From: Myxococcota bacterium
GTDB lineage: Bacteria > Myxococcota_A > Polyangia > Polyangiales > Sandaracinaceae
Direction: 5' to 3'
Assembly: GCA_036149055.1 (NCBI GenBank)
Contig: JAYZQJ010000166.1
Span: 1 to 22,552 of the forward strand
DNA: 22,552 bases
The notes beneath the pieces were generated by a model. It was not told the DNA's origin and did not search any database. It saw only the letters and a list, made by a program, of their open reading frames with translations. Position 1 is the stretch's first letter. Each line of letters begins with the position of its first letter. Shown piece by piece: positions 1 to 7,959 of this stretch. The translations under genes and the position numbers were made by a program.

Positions 1-73
1 GGGGGGGGGGGGCGCCCTGCGGGCGGGAGCCCCCGGGGGGGGTGTGTGTTGCCAAAACCCCCCCCACAAAACT

Positions 74-166
74 TCAGTGCCCGATCTTCTGCCCGATCAC
101 GCAGACCGCGAAGGTGATGAGCGGGATGCCGATGGAGGCCGCCACGTAGACGATCGTGAAGGTCAT
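74..166 (-). CDS. Putative small single-pass membrane protein (30 aa; 34 aa if the GTG at 178 is used)
   Basis: Hand translation MTFTIVYVAASIGIPLITFAVCVIGQKIGH*; nearly all third codon positions G/C; lies just after the kinase stop (179-181). The stop is next to low-complexity window-edge sequence. Confidence 0.55.
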   Translation of the reverse strand: MTFTIVYVAASIGIPLITFAVCVIGQKIGH

Positions 167-178
167 GGTGCGGGACAC

Positions 179-1792
179 TTAGCCGGCTTCGGAGCCGCGG
201 ACAAGCTCCACCTGGGTGGGGGCCTCGTCGGCGATCTCGTCGGGGGCCTCGCCGAGCTCGCGGACCAGGGCGGCCAGGCGGCGGATGCCGTCCTCGGAGC
301 GCGAGGAGGGGATGCGATCGAGCGCGGCGAGCATGTGGCGGGCGGTGGGGAAGCGGGCGTCGGGGTCGCGGTCGAGCGCCCGCAGGACGAAGGCGTCCCA
401 GCCCTCGGGCAGCTCGCGTCGATGCACGCTCGGCGGCACGACCTCGAGGTTCAGCAGCGCCTCCACCGTGGCCGCCTGGGTGGTCCGCCCGAAGAGCCGG
501 CGCCGCACCAGCAGCTCCCACGCGATCACGCCCACGCTGAACAGATCGGCGCGGTGGTCGAGCGGCTGCGCCCGCGCCTGCTCGGGCGCCATGTAGCCGC
601 TGTGCCCGACCACGGTCTGGGTGTGCGAGGAGTCCGCGTCGCGCAGGGCCCGCGCGACCCCGAAGTCGGTGATCTTCACCTCGCCATTTCGAGACAACAA
701 GACGTTCTGCGGGCAGAGGTCGCGGTGCAGGACGCGGAGGAGCTCGCCGTCCGGCCCCCGCGCCACCTCGTGCGCGTGGTGCAGGCCCTCGAGCAGCGCC
801 CGCAGCATCGTCCCGACGACCGGCTCGGGGATTTCCCGGCCCGCGGCCCGGCAGCGCGAGAGCAGGCGCGCCATCGTGATGCCGTCGACGAACTCCATCG
901 CGAGGAAGTACGCGCCCTCGCGGCTGCCGAAGTCGAGGACCTGCACGATGCTGGGGTGCGCGAGCCGCGAGCCGATCTGCGCCTCCTGACGGAAGAGCTG
1001 CACGAAGCGCGGCTGCTCGGCGAGGTGAGCGTGGATGCGCTTCACCGCGACCGGACGCTCGAAGCCGCCCTCCGGCGCGTAGACCGCCTCGTAGACCTCG
1101 GCCATGCCGCCCACCGCGATGCGAGAGAGCAGGCGGTACTTGCCGAACAGCTCGCGCTCCCGGAGCACGCGGTCGGCGCGCCCGATGACCCGGCGCATGT
1201 AGCGCGCGGCCACCGCGGCGGTGACGCCGGCGAGCACCAGCGAGAAGCCGCGGGTGAGCTGCATGTTGGCCTGGAAGAGGACGTGGGTCTCGAAGCCCGA
1301 GGCGATCCGGTCACGGGCGAGGAAGGCGTAGATCACGCCGAAGGCGAGCGCGCCGGTGAGGCCGATGACGTACGGCGAGCGCTCGCGCAGCCGGACCACG
1401 TGGCTCAAGAGGAGCAGCGTGAAGAGCATCGGCGGCACCCAGGAGCCGAGCGCGTACTCGCCGCCTTCGGTGAAGACGAGCACCGCCATGAAGCTCCAGG
1501 GGATGGTCGCCTCCACCACGTCGGCGGCGGCGCGGATGGGGCGCGACGGCGGCCCGCGGGTGAGCCGGAGCCAGAGCGGCAGGTACCAGAGCAGGTAGGC
1601 GGCCGAGAGCGCGCTGCAGCCGAGGCCGAGCCAGAGCGAGGTGGTGAAGGCGAGGACGGCGGACGCGATCACGCCGCACGCCATGAAGAAGAGCCACACC
1701 GTCGCCATGACGCGCTCGAAGACCAGCACCTCGAGGTCGAGGGCGGCTTCGAGGGCGGCGCGGCTGCGAGGGGTGGTCTGGGAGGCGCTCAT
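179..1792 (-). CDS. Membrane-anchored Hanks-type Ser/Thr protein kinase (about 5-6 N-terminal TM helices)
   Basis: IAVGGMAEVY, VAVKR, HRDLCPQN, ITDFG, GYMAPEQ and ADLFSVG kinase motifs after a hydrophobic N-terminal ~200 aa; ATG overlaps the upstream TGA (TGATG). Confidence 0.93.
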   Translation of the reverse strand: MSASQTTPRSRAALEAALDLEVLVFERVMATVWLFFMACGVIASAVLAFTTSLWLGLGCSALSAAYLLWYLPLWLRLTRGPPSRPIRAAADVVEATIPWSFMAVLVFTEGGEYALGSWVPPMLFTLLLLSHVVRLRERSPYVIGLTGALAFGVIYAFLARDRIASGFETHVLFQANMQLTRGFSLVLAGVTAAVAARYMRRVIGRADRVLRERELFGKYRLLSRIAVGGMAEVYEAVYAPEGGFERPVAVKRIHAHLAEQPRFVQLFRQEAQIGSRLAHPSIVQVLDFGSREGAYFLAMEFVDGITMARLLSRCRAAGREIPEPVVGTMLRALLEGLHHAHEVARGPDGELLRVLHRDLCPQNVLLSRNGEVKITDFGVARALRDADSSHTQTVVGHSGYMAPEQARAQPLDHRADLFSVGVIAWELLVRRRLFGRTTQAATVEALLNLEVVPPSVHRRELPEGWDAFVLRALDRDPDARFPTARHMLAALDRIPSSRSEDGIRRLAALVRELGEAPDEIADEAPTQVELVRGSEAG

Positions 1793-3369
1793 CAGAGGAC
1801 GTGGAGCTCGGCGACGGCGGCGCCGAGGCGGAAGGCGGAGCGGACGACCAGACGGATGCGGTCGACGCCCTGGGCGCGCAAGGGGATCACGAGGCGCTCC
1901 GGCGCGGTCGAGAAGGCCTCGAACGCGCCGTGGGACTCGGCGACGACCGTGTCACCACGCCGGGCCTCGAGCACGAACCGGCGGAGCGCGCGGTCCTCGT
2001 AGCCCGGGTTGAAGCCGTTGACGATCGCGACGCCGCGGACCTCGCGGGGCGCGCCGAGCGCGAGCTCGATCCAGCCGCGGCCGCCGAGGGCGTGCCACTC
2101 GGTGGCGGGGTCGCCGTCGATCGCGCGCTCCGGGGCGTAGTCGCGGTGGGCCTCGGACTCGTTGAAGCCGCTCGCGCTCGCCGCCTCCACCGGCAGCGCC
2201 ACCCGGACCGCGCTCCACGCCAGCGCTACGCCGCCGGGCCCCTCGACCGCGAGGTCGAGCTCCCGGGGCACGACGGAGTCGGGGAGCGTGAAGGAGAACG
2301 GCCGGAACGAGGACTCACCGGCCGGCCACCCGTGCTCGACCGTGATCCACTCCGTCCCGTCGGCGTCGGTGATCCGCCACCTCCCGGTGCCGGGCGCGGT
2401 CGGCGTGCAGACCCCGAGCCAGCCGTCGACGCGGCGCGGCCCGGGCGGGATCCGCAGCGTGTGGGTGACGCCGGGCGCGACGCGCTGGACCGCGTGGTCC
2501 CCGCAGGGCGCCGAGGGCGGAGCCTCGCCGAGCGCGAAGAGCGCGAGGCCCGAGGTGGGCTCCGGCGCGGTGCGCTCGACGGCCGGCGGCGCGTCGATCG
2601 CGATCCCTCGCGAGCGCACAGCGACCGACTCGAGGCGCGCCTCGCCGGGACCGGTGGCCCAGAGCTCGAGGGGCCCCGGGCGGGCCTGGGCCCAGCTGGC
2701 CGCGAACGGCGTGACGTCGGTCGCGGCGGTGGAGGTCCATTGCACGAGCGGCGGCCGCCCGCTCTCGGCCTGGAGCACGAGGAAGCGCTGACGTGGCCCG
2801 CCCGCGCCGACGGCTCCGTCGACCGTGTGCACGCCCTCGGGCACCGCCACCCGCAGGCGCGCCGGCAGGGTCAGACGCAGCGCCCCGTCGTCCTCGGCGA
2901 TGGCCGCGGCGTGGAGCCGGATCGTGCCCGGCGGCAGGGCGGCGGGGCGCCCGGGGAGCGAATGGCCCCGCACGTCGCGAAAGAAGAGGCGCGCGCCGCC
3001 GCCGCCCGACGCGGTGAGCGTGATCCGGGCCCCCCGCGCCGGCGCCGCGAGCCAGGCGAGCGGCCGCTCGAGGGGCCCTTCCGACGGCGGGAGCCGCGCC
3101 TCGTAGAGGGTCTCCCCGGACGCCTCGACCCGCACGTCCACCGGCGCGTCCGACCCGGCGCAGCGACCGACCGCCGCCTCGCCCCGGATCCAGCCGCCCG
3201 GCGCCCGGAAGGTCTGCGCGTGCTCGAGCGGGCGCGTCGGCGCGCCGCCAGCGCAGCCGGCCACGGGGACGGCGTCGCCCGGCGCGACCGGCCGGAGCGC
3301 GAGGGGCGAGCCGGAGGCGTCGCAGCCGGCGAGCGCGAGGAGGCCGAGCAAGAGCGGGACGGATCGCAA
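1792..3369 (-). CDS. Lipoprotein with beta-sandwich (NPCBM-like) modules and a C-terminal discoidin/F5-8 type C-like domain
   Basis: In-frame TTG at 3369 gives MRSVPLLLGLLALAG-C (lipobox); C-terminal ASASG...PERAIDGDPATEW...GWIELAL...VAELHV is discoidin-like. The start is inferred (the ORF is open to 3618 but that part overlaps the divergent gene). Confidence 0.72.
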   Translation of the reverse strand: MRSVPLLLGLLALAGCDASGSPLALRPVAPGDAVPVAGCAGGAPTRPLEHAQTFRAPGGWIRGEAAVGRCAGSDAPVDVRVEASGETLYEARLPPSEGPLERPLAWLAAPARGARITLTASGGGGARLFFRDVRGHSLPGRPAALPPGTIRLHAAAIAEDDGALRLTLPARLRVAVPEGVHTVDGAVGAGGPRQRFLVLQAESGRPPLVQWTSTAATDVTPFAASWAQARPGPLELWATGPGEARLESVAVRSRGIAIDAPPAVERTAPEPTSGLALFALGEAPPSAPCGDHAVQRVAPGVTHTLRIPPGPRRVDGWLGVCTPTAPGTGRWRITDADGTEWITVEHGWPAGESSFRPFSFTLPDSVVPRELDLAVEGPGGVALAWSAVRVALPVEAASASGFNESEAHRDYAPERAIDGDPATEWHALGGRGWIELALGAPREVRGVAIVNGFNPGYEDRALRRFVLEARRGDTVVAESHGAFEAFSTAPERLVIPLRAQGVDRIRLVVRSAFRLGAAVAELHVL

Positions 3370-3430
3370 GGCACGGGCAGCATAGCCCCGCGCGCCGCGG
3401 GTTCGGGCGCTGATACACTCCGCGCTCCCC

Positions 3431-3874
3431 GTGCGCGCGCGCCTCCGCATCGCGACCGCCGTCGCCTGGCTCGTGCTCGCCAGCGTGGGCGCCGTCGCCT
3501 CCACCTTCGACGAGGACGTGACCCCACTCTTCAGGCGGCGGGACTGCGCGGTGCAGATCGCGGCCGAGCTCGAGCCCCTGCGCGACGCCCTGCCGCCGCG
3601 CGCGATCGTCGGCTTCATGGGCGAGCGAGCCTACGACGGCTGCGATCCGATGATGGTCGCCCAGTACGTCTTCGCGCCGGCCTGGATCATGGAGCAGGAC
3701 TGGGACGGCCTCCGCGCGGCGATGCGCGCCCGGGGCGACCAGGCGCTGCCCCGCGACCCCGCGCTGGTGCTCGTCTGGGGCGAGGAGGGTCGGGCCTGGC
3801 TCGCGGCCCACCCGCGCTACGTGCCGATCGCCCCTCCGACCGAGCACGCGACGCTCGTGGCGAGGGAGCCATGA
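3431..3874 (+). CDS. Hypothetical exported or membrane-anchored protein, coupled to the downstream glycosyltransferase
   Basis: N-terminal hydrophobic segment; ATGA overlap with the next gene; TGaTACACT extended -10-like box upstream. Confidence 0.7.
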   Translation: MRARLRIATAVAWLVLASVGAVASTFDEDVTPLFRRRDCAVQIAAELEPLRDALPPRAIVGFMGERAYDGCDPMMVAQYVFAPAWIMEQDWDGLRAAMRARGDQALPRDPALVLVWGEEGRAWLAAHPRYVPIAPPTEHATLVAREP

Positions 3875-5283
3875 TCGGAGCGGCGGTCGGCGTGCTGGCC
3901 GGCATGGTGGTGCCGGCGGTGATCGGCGTGTGCCTCCTGCGGCTCGTGGCCCGCTCCGAGGGCCGGGCCCGCCTCACCTTCGAGCTCCCGGTCGGCCTCG
4001 CGCTCGGGCTGGGCGTCACCGGCGCGCTGAGCTTCCTCGGCTTCGTGATCTCCGATCGCCCGACCGTGCTGCTCGAGCTCGGGCTGCTCTTCGCGCTGCT
4101 CTGGGCGCGGCGCCGGACCGACGCGCCCGCGCTCCTCGCGCCGGAGCGCTCGCCCGGTTGGTGGCGACGCGCGGCGGGGCCCGCCGCCCTGGTGATCGTC
4201 GGCGCGGCCGCCGTGGTGTGGGCCTCGGAGGCGTGGACGATGGACCACGGCGCCTGGGACGCCTGGGACATCTGGAACATGCGGGCCCGCTTCCTCTACC
4301 GCGCGGGGGAGGGCTGGGAGCGCGCGTTCGCCGAGACGCTGCACTGGGCGCACCCGCACTACCCGCCGCTCTGGCCCAGCGCGGTGGCCCGCGGGTTCGC
4401 GCTCGCCGGTCACGAGTCCACCTGGGTGCCGCGCGCGATGGGGCTCGTCTTCACGGTCGCGACCGTGGCGCTCCTCGCGGCCACGGTGACGCGGGCCCGG
4501 GGCGCCGCGCAGGGGACGCTCGCGGCCCTGACCCTCGTCGCGACGCCCTTCTTCGTTCGACACGGCGCCTCGCAGTACGCCGACGTACCGATCGCGTTCT
4601 TCTTCCTCGCGACCTTCGCCTTCATGGCCTGGCACGACGAGGCGCGGTCGGGCCGCGGCTTCATGGTGCTCGCCGGCCTCTCCGCGTCGCTCGCCCTGCT
4701 GACGAAGAACGAGGGCGCCATCGTCCTCGTCGGCGTGATCGCCTCGCGGGCCTGGATCGCCGGGCGCCGCGGCGGGCGCGCGCGGCTCTGGCGAGAGGCC
4801 ACCGCGTTCGGCGCGGGCGCGCTCCCCGGCGCCGGGCTGTGGCTGCTGTTCAAGCTGAGCTACGCGCACACGGCGGTCAACTATGATTTCTTCGTGCCCG
4901 ACCCGGTCTTCCACCACGGGGTCGGACCGATGGAGTTCCTGACGACCCAGCTGAACGATCCCGTGCGCTGGCGCGGCATGGCGACCGCGTGGGGGCGCTG
5001 GATCCTCGACTTCGACGACGGGTGGCCGGTGCCCCTCGCGCTCGGGCTGGCCGTCTACGCCGCGGTCATGGGCCGGACCGCGCGGCCGCCGCTCGGGGTC
5101 GCCGGGGCGCTCGCGATCTGGGCGCTGATCCTCTCGCTCGCGTTCGTCGCCTGGTCGCGCTGGGAGATCGTCGACCACATGGACGCGCTGCAGCGCCTGA
5201 TCATCCAGCTGCTCCCGACCGCGCTGCTCGGCTTCTTCCTCACCGTGCGCGCGCCCTTCGAGATCCCGGACGACCGCCGTTGA
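3871..5283 (+). CDS. Polytopic membrane protein, GT-C-fold glycosyltransferase-like (ArnT/PMT-like)
   Basis: About 11-13 hydrophobic segments; WDAWDIWNMRARF, HPHYPPLWP, SQYADVP and LLTKNEG motifs typical of GT-C-like proteins; ATG at 3871. Confidence 0.72.
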   Translation: MIGAAVGVLAGMVVPAVIGVCLLRLVARSEGRARLTFELPVGLALGLGVTGALSFLGFVISDRPTVLLELGLLFALLWARRRTDAPALLAPERSPGWWRRAAGPAALVIVGAAAVVWASEAWTMDHGAWDAWDIWNMRARFLYRAGEGWERAFAETLHWAHPHYPPLWPSAVARGFALAGHESTWVPRAMGLVFTVATVALLAATVTRARGAAQGTLAALTLVATPFFVRHGASQYADVPIAFFFLATFAFMAWHDEARSGRGFMVLAGLSASLALLTKNEGAIVLVGVIASRAWIAGRRGGRARLWREATAFGAGALPGAGLWLLFKLSYAHTAVNYDFFVPDPVFHHGVGPMEFLTTQLNDPVRWRGMATAWGRWILDFDDGWPVPLALGLAVYAAVMGRTARPPLGVAGALAIWALILSLAFVAWSRWEIVDHMDALQRLIIQLLPTALLGFFLTVRAPFEIPDDRR

Positions 5284-5297
5284 GCTATTCTGTGCAG

Positions 5298-6056
5298 GTG
5301 CAGGCAGTCCGAGGCGCTCGCAAGGCCCTCCTCGCGGTGGCGGGGGCGGTCCTGCTCGCTTCGTTGATGCCGGCCTCCCGCTCGGCCGCGACCGAGGGGC
5401 GACGCGTGCTGTTCATCGGCAACAGCTACACCCGCTTCAACGACCTGCCGCGCATGGTGCGGGAGATCGCGCGGTCGGTGCCGGACGGGCCGAGCCTGCG
5501 CACGCGGCGCGAGACCCACGGCGGCTATCGTCTGCGCGGGCACTGGCGTCAGCGCCGGGTGCGTCGGCTGGTCGCGGGCGGCCGGTTCGACGTGATCGTG
5601 ATCCAGGCGCACAGCCTCAGCCCGCTCGAGCGCCCCGACGAGATGGAGGAGTACGCGCGGCGGTTCGCCGAGCGCGCGCGCGCCGCGGGCAGCGAGGTGG
5701 TGCTCTTCCAGACCTGGGCCCGCCACCCCGAGAGCCCGACCCTCGACGAGCTGCAGCTGGATCCGGCCGAGATGCATCAGCGGGTCGACGGCGTGTACGC
5801 GTCGCTCGCCACCCGCCTCGGCGCCCGGCTGGCCCCGGTCGGTCGGGCCTGGCTGCGCGCCCAGACCGAGGTCCCGGACGCGCGGCTCTACCGGCCGGAC
5901 CGCACCCACCCGACGATGACCGGGACCTACCTGAGCGCGTGCGTCATGTACCGCACGCTCACCGGCGTGGACCCCCGGCGCGCGACCTGGAAGCCCTGGC
6001 GCATGCGGCCCGAGGAGGCCGAGCGTCTGCGCGCAGTGGCGGCCAGCATCGAGTGA
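5298..6056 (+). CDS. Secreted SGNH/GDSL-family hydrolase (DUF4886-like)
   Basis: RVLFIGNSYT block I, VLFQTWA, APVGRAW and DRTHP (DxxH) catalytic motif; signal-peptide-like N-terminus; GTG 6 nt after TATTCT. Confidence 0.85.
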   Translation: MQAVRGARKALLAVAGAVLLASLMPASRSAATEGRRVLFIGNSYTRFNDLPRMVREIARSVPDGPSLRTRRETHGGYRLRGHWRQRRVRRLVAGGRFDVIVIQAHSLSPLERPDEMEEYARRFAERARAAGSEVVLFQTWARHPESPTLDELQLDPAEMHQRVDGVYASLATRLGARLAPVGRAWLRAQTEVPDARLYRPDRTHPTMTGTYLSACVMYRTLTGVDPRRATWKPWRMRPEEAERLRAVAASIE

Positions 6057-6074
6057 TGTGGTAGCCCTCGCGGC

Positions 6075-6419
6075 ATGAGCGACATCGAGCTTCCCGACGA
6101 CGCGCCGATGAAGGCCTACCAGCGCTACGTGCACGACCTCGAGGCGATGCACGGCTGGCTGGACGTCGACCTGGTCCACAACTGCTTCCTCATGGGCGAG
6201 GAGGTCGGCGAGCTCTTCAAGGCGGTGCGCCGCTACGAGAAGCTCTTCGACCAGGCCGGCGCCGAGCCCAGCGGCCTCGAGGAGCGCAGACGCGACGTCG
6301 CCCACGAGCTCGTCGACGTCTTCAACTACCTCGTCGCGATCGCCAACCGCCTCGACATCGACCTCGAGGCCGCCTTCCGCGCCAAGAACGCCGAGAACCA
6401 GTCCCGAACCTGGGGCTAG
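6075..6419 (+). CDS. MazG-like all-alpha NTP pyrophosphohydrolase (single domain)
   Basis: LMGEEVGELFKAVRR...AHELVDVFNYLVAIANRLDIDLEAAF matches the EExxE...ExxD metal-binding signature; 114 aa. Confidence 0.9.
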   Translation: MSDIELPDDAPMKAYQRYVHDLEAMHGWLDVDLVHNCFLMGEEVGELFKAVRRYEKLFDQAGAEPSGLEERRRDVAHELVDVFNYLVAIANRLDIDLEAAFRAKNAENQSRTWG

Positions 6420-6582
6420 GGGACGGAGTTTCTTTGTTGCCCAATCGCGCCGCGGGCCCCGGATCCGCCCCGCCGAGGGCCCGCAGACCGCCCCCTGACC
6501 CCCGAAACACGCCGCGAGGGCCGCCTCCGAGCCCTGATCGCGGGCGCCGAAGGCCGCTCGGCAACAAGGAAACTCCGTCCCC
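6419..6582. mobile_element. Putative MITE/REP-like non-autonomous element with 23-bp terminal inverted repeats
   Basis: 6419-6441 GGGGACGGAGTTTCTTTGTTGCC versus the reverse complement of 6560-6582 GGGGACGGAGTTTCCTTGTTGCC (22/23 identical); no credible internal ORF; no target-site duplication seen. Confidence 0.55.
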
Positions 6583-6605
6583 ATGTCCGGGATCCGGGAC
6601 CTTGC

Positions 6606-7919
6606 CTAGTAGGTGCAGTAGTCCGGGCCGGAGCGGGCGACGCAGCGGGAGCCGGCGGGGCAGCCGCCGGAGAGGCAGGCGCAGACGCCGTAGGTGGTGG
6701 AGCAGACCCAGTCGACGCCGCCCTGGCACTGGGAGTTCGCGGCGCCGCAGTCGCAGGTGGGCTGGCCGCTGTAGACGGTGCAGGAGAAGCCGCTCGCGCA
6801 CGAGAGGCCGCAGGCGCCGCAGTGGTTGCGGTTGGTGGAGACGTCGACCTCGCGGCCGCCGCAGCAGCGACGGAAGCCGCCGAGGCCGGTGCCGTCGGCG
6901 CGCGCCGGGTGGGCGCAGGTCCCGCCCATGCACCGATCAGTCGTGCACGCGTTGCCGTCGTCCGGGCACGCGGTCCCGTCGGCGCGCGCCGGGTGGGCGC
7001 AGGTCCCGCCCATGCACCGGTCGTTCGTGCACGCGTTGCCGTCATCCGGGCACGCGGTCCCGTCGGCCATGGGGGCCTCGTCGCAGGTCGGGGTGCCGTT
7101 GCAGGCTCGGGTCACGCAGGCGTCGCTCGCGCAGTCGATCGCGGTGCCCGCGCACACGCCGGCGGCGCACCGGTCGGTGTGGGTGCAGAGATCGCCGTCG
7201 TCGCACAGCGCGTCGGCGCAGTCCGGATCGGCGCAGTCGGTCAGGCCGTCGCAGTCGTCGTCCGCGCCGTCGTTGCAGAAGGCCTCGCGCGCGGCGCAGC
7301 CCCCCGCGTCGCCGGCCCCGGCGTCGTCCGGCGGCGGCGGCTCGCCGCCGCAGCCGAGGGTCGGGTCGCAGCGGCCTTCGCAGAGGCCGTCGTCGGGCAC
7401 CTCGAGGCACACCCGCGAGACGCACCGCGCCTGCAGACACGACACCGCGGGCGCCTCGCAGTCGTCGGCGGCGGCGCAGCTCGCGGGGCCGCAGCGCTCG
7501 GGCGCGTCGGGCTGGCACTCCGGCGGGACGCAGCGACCGTCGACGCACTCGGAGCTCGCGCCCTCGCATGCCACGCCCTCGCAGTCGCGGGTCAGGACCA
7601 CGGTGACCGCGGTGTGATCGCGCACCTCGAGGCGGGTCCGACGCGACGCGATCTCCACGCCTCCGCGGAGCAGGGTCACGATCACGTCGATCGCGCCGGG
7701 CTCGAGGTCGCGCACGTCCACCAGGCGGGCGCCGGCCACGAGGTCGCGGCCCTCGAGCGCGACGGTGTCGGCGCCGATGCCTTGCCCGCCCACGCGCTCC
7801 CAGCTCACCCGCGCCGCGTCGACCTCGAGCCCCGGGACGTAGTCGGTGCGCAGATCCACCGCGAGCTCCAGCGGCCCGGAGCACCCGGCGACGAGACACA
7901 GCAGGCCGATCCAGCGCAC
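6606..7919 (-). CDS. Cys-rich myxobacterial-type surface lipoprotein
   Basis: MRWIGLLCLVAG-C lipobox; CNDGADDDCDGLTDCADPDC, CDDGDLCTHTDRC, CPDDGNACTxDRC and VDVSTNRNHCGACG (Stig1-like) modules; PPPPDDAGAGDAG linker. Confidence 0.88.
   Translation of the reverse strand: MRWIGLLCLVAGCSGPLELAVDLRTDYVPGLEVDAARVSWERVGGQGIGADTVALEGRDLVAGARLVDVRDLEPGAIDVIVTLLRGGVEIASRRTRLEVRDHTAVTVVLTRDCEGVACEGASSECVDGRCVPPECQPDAPERCGPASCAAADDCEAPAVSCLQARCVSRVCLEVPDDGLCEGRCDPTLGCGGEPPPPDDAGAGDAGGCAAREAFCNDGADDDCDGLTDCADPDCADALCDDGDLCTHTDRCAAGVCAGTAIDCASDACVTRACNGTPTCDEAPMADGTACPDDGNACTNDRCMGGTCAHPARADGTACPDDGNACTTDRCMGGTCAHPARADGTGLGGFRRCCGGREVDVSTNRNHCGACGLSCASGFSCTVYSGQPTCDCGAANSQCQGGVDWVCSTTYGVCACLSGGCPAGSRCVARSGPDYCTY
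6892..7067 (-). repeat. 84-bp coding tandem duplication (28-aa Cys module, two copies plus a partial third)
   Basis: 6901-6984 and 6985-7068 differ at only about 5 positions; the unit encodes ADGTACPDDGNACT(N/T)DRCMGGTCAHPAR. Confidence 0.92.
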
Positions 7920-7959
7920 GCGCAGATGCTATCGCGCCGCCTTCCGCTACGCTCGCGCC
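7920..7959. promoter_or_regulatory. Interlocked divergent -10 boxes, each before an apparently leaderless gene
   Basis: Minus strand: TAGCAT (7931-7926), 6 nt, GTG 7919. Plus strand: TACGCT (7948-7953), 6 nt, ATG 7960. No Shine-Dalgarno sequence on either side. Confidence 0.6.

Noticed and set aside
1..72. Poly-G/poly-C low-complexity sequence, possible G4 or repeat
   Set aside because: Homopolymer runs at the window edge look like contig-end or sequencing artefact.
1801..3870. N-terminal extension of the 1160-aa ORF suggesting a large GT fusion
   Set aside because: Antisense to the lipoprotein and overlapping the 147-aa gene; the ATGA overlap at 3871 gives the credible start.
6075..6419. 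MazG-like gene as an anti-phage or toxin-antitoxin component
   Set aside because: No mazEF or defence-type neighbours; a house-cleaning NTP pyrophosphatase is the simpler reading.
6892..7067. Tandem repeat as a possible CRISPR array
   Set aside because: In-frame coding repeat with no unique spacers, and no cas genes nearby.
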